In this document: positions 40,211-45,077 of the stretch, one piece after another
Layout of the letters: each line of letters starts with the position of its first letter
How positions within the stretch are numbered: the first letter of the stretch is position 1
Origin: Candidatus Poseidoniales archaeon
GTDB taxonomy: Archaea; Thermoplasmatota; Poseidoniia; Poseidoniales; Poseidoniaceae
DNA length: 45,077 nt
Reading direction: 5' to 3'
Assembly: GCA_009887255.1 (NCBI GenBank)
Contig: QXXW01000016.1
Location: 1-45,077, forward strand
Position numbers and translations under genes: made by a program
Notes under the pieces: model-generated
Seen by the model: only the letters and a program-made list of their open reading frames with translations
The model's database searches: none
Told to the model about the DNA's origin: nothing

Positions 40211-41977
40211 TTACACAGATTCCGTTGTTCGTTCGTGGCAGAGGAAGAATGAACCGTCTTCCATCACCTTTGCATAACCGATTCGTTCGAGTTGCACGAT
40301 GGTACCAACAGGATGGTTGTGGGGTTCAATAAGGCCCTCTATGGCCGTGATTTCCCCGCCACTCGTGCTCATCAAGACCGCTTCAACGGCGTGTTGCTCT
40401 GGAAGCCAGTGTACGATGGGGCGCCGGTCCGAACGGTCCAATGAAACCAGAGCGGCCTTGGAATTCTCAATGCTCACATCGGCGTATTCCTTGAGCCGCA
40501 CATCCCCTTTGATGGCATCTTCTGGTTCAAGCCAGATGCCCGTGGTGTTGAGTTCCCAACGACGCTGGCCCTGATCTGGATGGTTGGGGTGGATGGGGAA
40601 TTGCAACACTGTAGCGGCATCATGAGCGTTCAAGTCCAAGCGTTGTGGGTGTCGAACGAAGGAAAGTCGAGGGGCTTGGTCATCCACTGCTTTGGTGTTG
40701 TGAGAGTAGAGGGTGGATAGAGGGACTGAGATGTCCTTCTGGGTGATGCCGAGTTCGGTCCAAAACCCTCGGAGTGCAGCGGCCGTGATGCCTCGACGAG
40801 CCAAGCCAGCCAACGTGGGCAAGCGAGGGTCGTCCCATCCTGTGAATTCCCCTGCTTCGATGTTTTTTCTCATGGCAGAGGTGGAAAAGCCTCCCCATTC
40901 GTGTACTTTTACTCGCCCCCAATACATGGTTTCAGGATAGGTCCAACCGAAATGCTCGTAGAGCAAGGTCTGTTTTCTTGTCGAATCCATGAGGTCCTTT
41001 CCACGAATGATGTGGGTGACGCCTTGAAGGTGGTCTTCGACGGCACTTTGGAAATCCAAAAGGGGCCAAACGGTGTGGCGGCTCCCGACGTTCGGCCTTG
41101 GGTGTGGGTGAGCTTTGGTGTCTTGGATACGCAGGGCCGGCCAATCTCGGAGTGCAGGATTTTTCAACGTCATGTCGGTTTTGACTCGGACAACGGCGTC
41201 TCCCTGTTGGTAGGTGCCGTTGAGCATCGAGGCCCATCGCTCCATGTTTTCAGCAACGTTGTTTGGGCGGCACGGGCATTCTGTTTTGTTCACCCGATGT
41301 TCTCGAAAGGCTTCCGCTGAGCAGGTGCACACATAGCCGAATCCCTGCGAGAGCATCTCTGTGGCATGCTGGTGGTAGTGTTCCATTCGTTCTGATGCGA
41401 TGACCACTCGGTCTGGACCTCGGCCCATAAGCCAAGTTGCTTCTTGCTCAATTTGGGCATAAGCACTCATCATGGGCGGTTTCACCTTCGTGTCGGTATC
41501 GTCAAACCTGAGGATCAACACGCCATCGTACATCTCTCGATACGAACTGTTGATGACCAGCCCTCGAGCGTGACCAAACGAAAGCGGCCCGTTCGGGTTT
41601 GGAGCGAACCTGAGGACTACGCTCCCTTTCGTGGCGTTTTTGAGTTCTGGCAACCCTTCTCGCTTGGTCTGTTTTACCTTCACCTCGAGGAGATGAGGTG
41701 CCTCTCGAAGGAGGAGGTCACGAACATGGTCGAGGCCTTCGGATGCGGCCAACCCGTTGGCTTGGTTGACATGGGTGGCCACCAGCCCGGAAATCGTTTT
41801 CCCGTGTTGGCGTAAATCGCTTCGCGCACCCATTATTCGGCTGATGACAGAGCCAATAGAGGCTTTTCCTTCGTATTGAAGTGCATTCTGAAGAGCGAGA
41901 TGATGGATGAATCGAACGGTTTCCTCATCGGGTATCCATTCATTCGTCATGATTGTGCGCTGAAGCGCTCCCCTCAT
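40211..41977 (-). CDS. gltX: Glutamyl-tRNA synthetase, archaeal/eukaryotic GlxRS type
   Basis: The class I HIGH-region is VVLRFAPNPNGPLSFGHARG and the hallmark GlxRS segment is FTGWDDPRLPTLAGLARRGI. The ATG at 41977 overlaps the rnhB stop (ATGA); an alternative ATG is at 41950. Confidence 0.9.
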   Translation of the reverse strand: MRGALQRTIMTNEWIPDEETVRFIHHLALQNALQYEGKASIGSVISRIMGARSDLRQHGKTISGLVATHVNQANGLAASEGLDHVRDLLLREAPHLLEVKVKQTKREGLPELKNATKGSVVLRFAPNPNGPLSFGHARGLVINSSYREMYDGVLILRFDDTDTKVKPPMMSAYAQIEQEATWLMGRGPDRVVIASERMEHYHQHATEMLSQGFGYVCTCSAEAFREHRVNKTECPCRPNNVAENMERWASMLNGTYQQGDAVVRVKTDMTLKNPALRDWPALRIQDTKAHPHPRPNVGSRHTVWPLLDFQSAVEDHLQGVTHIIRGKDLMDSTRKQTLLYEHFGWTYPETMYWGRVKVHEWGGFSTSAMRKNIEAGEFTGWDDPRLPTLAGLARRGITAAALRGFWTELGITQKDISVPLSTLYSHNTKAVDDQAPRLSFVRHPQRLDLNAHDAATVLQFPIHPNHPDQGQRRWELNTTGIWLEPEDAIKGDVRLKEYADVSIENSKAALVSLDRSDRRPIVHWLPEQHAVEAVLMSTSGGEITAIEGLIEPHNHPVGTIVQLERIGYAKVMEDGSFFLCHERTTESV

Positions 41978-42711
41978 GAAATGCTTGGGTCTTCAGATTG
42001 AAACAGCGTGTGTTGGACGGTTGGAGGTTGGCCTCGCGTTGGGGGCTGGCCGGCATGATGGCGTGCCCAATACCGCTTGACAGTGGCCCATTCCCATCGC
42101 ACATCCACATCAATCGATTCCGAGGTGATGAGGCTAGGAAGCGCTTGCACAGTAGCAGGGTCACTTGGATAGCCAGACCCAAGGGGTCGTTCGAGTCGTT
42201 TTGCCATGTCGCTCATGGCTTGATCACGATGTGTTTTTGCAAGGATACTGGCCATGGCCACCACCGGGTCACGATCGTCGGCTTTGTGTTCGCTCACCAT
42301 CCTGCACCCCACCCATGGCCACCCCGGTAGGAGATTGACGATTCGCTGAGTGAATCGCTCGGCGTTCACATCGCATGCGTCCGCCAGAACACTCAACCCG
42401 GTCGTTGGGCCCAAATCCTGAATGGCTTTCGCAAAACCTCTGACTTCCAACCAGTTCAGGCCGTCAGCATGCAATGCCTCGTCAATGTTTGCGGCGGAAT
42501 ACACCACTAGGTTTGAACACCATCCCCGTTCATTGCCCACTTGTTTGAACCAATTGACCAGCTCGTCACGACGTTTAGCAGACAGTCGTTTCGAATCTCG
42601 CACACCCGCTTGAACCAGCAGGGGGACGTCCTGTTCGGGAATGCCACAAGCAGCGATGACCAATGGCCCCAACACGGGTCCTCGTCCCGCTTCATCCAGA
42701 CCGACTCGCAC
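41974..42711 (-). CDS. rnhB: Ribonuclease HII
   Basis: The N-terminus MRVGLDEAGRGPVLGPLVIAACG is the canonical RNase HII DEAGRG active-site motif. Downstream are ADACD and the ASILAK helix. Confidence 0.9.
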   Translation of the reverse strand: MRVGLDEAGRGPVLGPLVIAACGIPEQDVPLLVQAGVRDSKRLSAKRRDELVNWFKQVGNERGWCSNLVVYSAANIDEALHADGLNWLEVRGFAKAIQDLGPTTGLSVLADACDVNAERFTQRIVNLLPGWPWVGCRMVSEHKADDRDPVVAMASILAKTHRDQAMSDMAKRLERPLGSGYPSDPATVQALPSLITSESIDVDVRWEWATVKRYWARHHAGQPPTRGQPPTVQHTLFQSEDPSIS

Positions 42712-42720
42712 ACCAGCCCC

Positions 42721-45077
42721 TCAGAAATCTAAATCGTCGTCTTGCCAAAGTGGGGGTGTATTGGTGGTGGTTGTCCCCGGTTTGGTTTGGCTTGGCATGC
42801 TGGATGTGGGCGGTTCAGTTACCTCAACCGGTGGGGCAATGTCCAGCATTGGAGAGGCGATTTGACCAGCTTGAAGAGCGTTCAGGAGGTCATCAGCACG
42901 TTGCAATTCCCGTTCTTCCGTTCGTTTTTCAAGAACGAGTTGTGCGGCGTTGACGAGCTGAGGATTCACCGGCGTTTGTTGTACTGCGGCGTGGCCGTGT
43001 TGTTGACGAAACTGCCTCGCATAGTCCTCTTTGTGGATTGCATCTGGAGTGCTCTCAGGCTCAATTCCGGGTGGTGTGGCAGGCTCAGAGGGCCCTGAAT
43101 TGAATTTGGCCATCCAATCGTCAGCGGTTTCGGATGCACGTTGGTAAGGCATGAGAGTGTTTTCGGCCCTTCTGCGCTGACGAGCACGCACGGCCACCAC
43201 AACCAAAGCAAAGGAGAACGCACTCGCCAAGAGGACACCCGCCCATGCCTCAAGATAGGCCAACGACAAGGACACCCTTTCGGCCCAAACCGAGGCCTCA
43301 TCATCTTCACCAAGCGGTTGCCAAGGCGTCCCGAGATAATCCGCTTCTGTGGTGTGAACAAACATGTCTTCGGGCGTGTAGCGAGAACGCAAGGTGGTGT
43401 TGAGAAACATGGTGCCGTTCGAGGACTGATCTTGTGGCAATTCGGCCCAAGCACGCAAGGTGAAGGTGGAACCAATGGGTATTGTATTGATTTCCATCGA
43501 TCGTGGTTCAAGCACGCCATCTTCGTAAACGGCACCTTCTGGTGGGACGAGTCCCATCCCAACGGCATGACTTGATTGGAGTTGAACCATCAGCCCATCC
43601 GCAGCGTTCCCGTCGTTACGAACTTCAAAAGCCATGGAGAGCCGACCGTTTCGGTCAACCGTTTCATCCACGACGGTTAGATTCCAACGAATCAAAGGGC
43701 TCACGCGCAAATTCACTGATTGTGCGGCTACAACTCGACCGGTATCGTCCACAACCTCAAGGTCCATGGTTCCCCTGGTGAAGGCCAAGAGTTCTGGACG
43801 TGAAACAACGGTGACCACGGCCAATTCCTTTTGCTGACCTCTGAGGAAAAACGCACGGTCTGTTTCCCCGACTGAAGTGTTGAAGCCGTCGGTCACATCC
43901 GCAATGCGAACCGTGAAGGTGTTGAATGAATTCCCTGTGTTTGTTACCGTGGTCTCAACGGTGCAAGAGTTGATCTCGTTGAGATCGTCGCAACCCTGGT
44001 GTGCCACTGAGAACTCAGCCCCAGTGGTTCGCACGATGGTGGCCTGTACCGTTGTTTCTCGTTGCAACAACGAGGCACCCTGTGCAAACACCATCAGTTT
44101 GACACGAAGTTCACCTGTCAGTTCGTAGGGGGCTTGTATGCCTACTTCGACCACCCTGGATTCGTTGGGCGACAACGGGACGTCTTCCAAGCCACCAAAC
44201 AGGGCCACGGTCCATCCACTGACGTTGAATCTGTCTGAACGTGTCATCCCTGGCAACACTTGACCGTCCTCATCAACGGCGACCATGCTGATGTTGATGG
44301 TGTTGACCGTGTTGCCCACGTTTCGAACCGTTATCTGTGCCCGACCGTCCTGGGTTGGTGATAGGGTAAGGTTGGAATCGACGTGGTCGATGCTTACGTT
44401 TCGTTTTTCATTCATCAACAGATCAAACTGCCACGTGTGGGCAGCGAGGTCCAATCCTGAAACACCCGTGAGTGTGAACCTCGGCCCTGTTCCCGCCAGA
44501 GGCGCGCCGTCAAGAACTTCAGGAACGTCCACCCAAAGGTACACGTAGCCAGTCTGACCTTGCGTGAGGTTCAACACCGCTTGGCCCTGGGTGTTGCTGT
44601 CCATGTTCCAACCCCAGGACCATGACGAAGGCGAGGACAATGAAAACGTCACGTTGTCAACACGTTCGGCGTTGTTGGTCATGTTGACCGCTACGGAAGT
44701 TCTCACCGTTTCATCGACGATAAACTGAGAAATGCCATTCACACCCCAACTCAGGTTTGAGTAAGGTGCAATTCGCACACTCATGTTGACCGAGAGAACA
44801 GCATCGGTGTCAACATCTCCTGTGATGTGAAAAGTGATGTTGCTGCTCTGAAAAGCTGAGGCATTGGACGCCATCACTTCAAACGTGAATTGATGGAGAT
44901 GGTTGGCCGCTAAATCCGCGCTCGTTGGGAGACCAAGCACGGTCAAATCTGTATGATTTGAAACCACATCAATCGTTACGGTTTGGGTGACGCTGGCCGT
45001 GTTGTGAACGGTGACGTACGTGGTTACGGCCTCTCCGGGATGAACGATCACATTCTCTTCAGATACGGCTTCCAAGT
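42721..45077 (-). CDS. Large cell-surface protein (CARDB/NEW3-like repeats), C-terminal TM and 155-aa cytoplasmic tail; N-terminus outside the window
   Basis: The frame is open to the window edge and no signal peptide is seen. Repeated modules include VTTYVTVHNTASVTQTVTIDV, AQITVRNVGNTVNTINISM, TVETTVTNTGNSFNTFTVRI and LSMAFEVRNDGNAADGLMVQL. The TM WAGVLLASAFSFALVVVAV is followed by RARQRRR, and the tail ends PPLWQDDDLDF. Confidence 0.75.
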   Translation of the reverse strand, partial: LEAVSEENVIVHPGEAVTTYVTVHNTASVTQTVTIDVVSNHTDLTVLGLPTSADLAANHLHQFTFEVMASNASAFQSSNITFHITGDVDTDAVLSVNMSVRIAPYSNLSWGVNGISQFIVDETVRTSVAVNMTNNAERVDNVTFSLSSPSSWSWGWNMDSNTQGQAVLNLTQGQTGYVYLWVDVPEVLDGAPLAGTGPRFTLTGVSGLDLAAHTWQFDLLMNEKRNVSIDHVDSNLTLSPTQDGRAQITVRNVGNTVNTINISMVAVDEDGQVLPGMTRSDRFNVSGWTVALFGGLEDVPLSPNESRVVEVGIQAPYELTGELRVKLMVFAQGASLLQRETTVQATIVRTTGAEFSVAHQGCDDLNEINSCTVETTVTNTGNSFNTFTVRIADVTDGFNTSVGETDRAFFLRGQQKELAVVTVVSRPELLAFTRGTMDLEVVDDTGRVVAAQSVNLRVSPLIRWNLTVVDETVDRNGRLSMAFEVRNDGNAADGLMVQLQSSHAVGMGLVPPEGAVYEDGVLEPRSMEINTIPIGSTFTLRAWAELPQDQSSNGTMFLNTTLRSRYTPEDMFVHTTEADYLGTPWQPLGEDDEASVWAERVSLSLAYLEAWAGVLLASAFSFALVVVAVRARQRRRAENTLMPYQRASETADDWMAKFNSGPSEPATPPGIEPESTPDAIHKEDYARQFRQQHGHAAVQQTPVNPQLVNAAQLVLEKRTEERELQRADDLLNALQAGQIASPMLDIAPPVEVTEPPTSSMPSQTKPGTTTTNTPPLWQDDDLDF

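Noticed and set aside
1-45077. CRISPR arrays, tandem DNA repeats, insertion sequences, integrases, reverse transcriptases, rRNA/tRNA genes
   Set aside because: I found no regularly spaced direct repeats, terminal inverted repeats or recombinase/RT motifs (for example YxDD or a DDE context) in any long ORF. The only DNA-level repeats seen are the in-frame TSP3 repeat units inside 13959-19712. This was a scan by eye, so short or degenerate elements could have been missed.

Overview
Archaeal chromosomal fragment, identified by an archaeal-type uS15 (MARMYKSRKG N-terminus), archaeosine synthase ArcS, an archaeal/eukaryotic-type GluRS and class III signal peptides. Mid-range GC, very tight gene packing and many giant secreted proteins suggest an uncultivated planktonic euryarchaeote such as Marine Group II/Poseidoniales; this placement is inference only. 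I call 28 protein-coding genes covering almost the whole window. I found no rRNA, tRNA, CRISPR array, transposase or integrase. The left part (about 0.8-26.5 kb) is a cell-surface island. It holds a membrane-anchored subtilase and three giant surface proteins of about 1460, 1917 and 1806 aa (beta-helix plus Ig-like modules; thrombospondin-type-3 Ca-repeats plus a beta-propeller; an Asp-box-containing type I membrane protein). It also holds a wHTH-STAND(AAA_16/NB-ARC-like)-TPR protein, a translationally coupled 4-gene operon (YycJ-type MBL hydrolase plus three type IV pilin-like proteins), a small helical protein and a lipoprotein metzincin. The right part is mostly housekeeping: a Pcp-NUDIX fusion, a UPF0201-like protein, GT2, DnaJ, ArcS, uS15, a CBS protein, GluRS and RNase HII. 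Interspersed with these are further bitopic surface proteins carrying structured cytoplasmic tails or zinc ribbons. There are two best candidates for an undescribed system. One is the MBL plus pilin-like operon with its convergent STAND protein. The other is the giant-protein / helical-protein / metzincin operon, whose giant protein shares a cytoplasmic tail architecture with the beta-helix giant. All functional calls rest on motifs read by eye from the ORF translations. Start codons are approximate and no database search was run.
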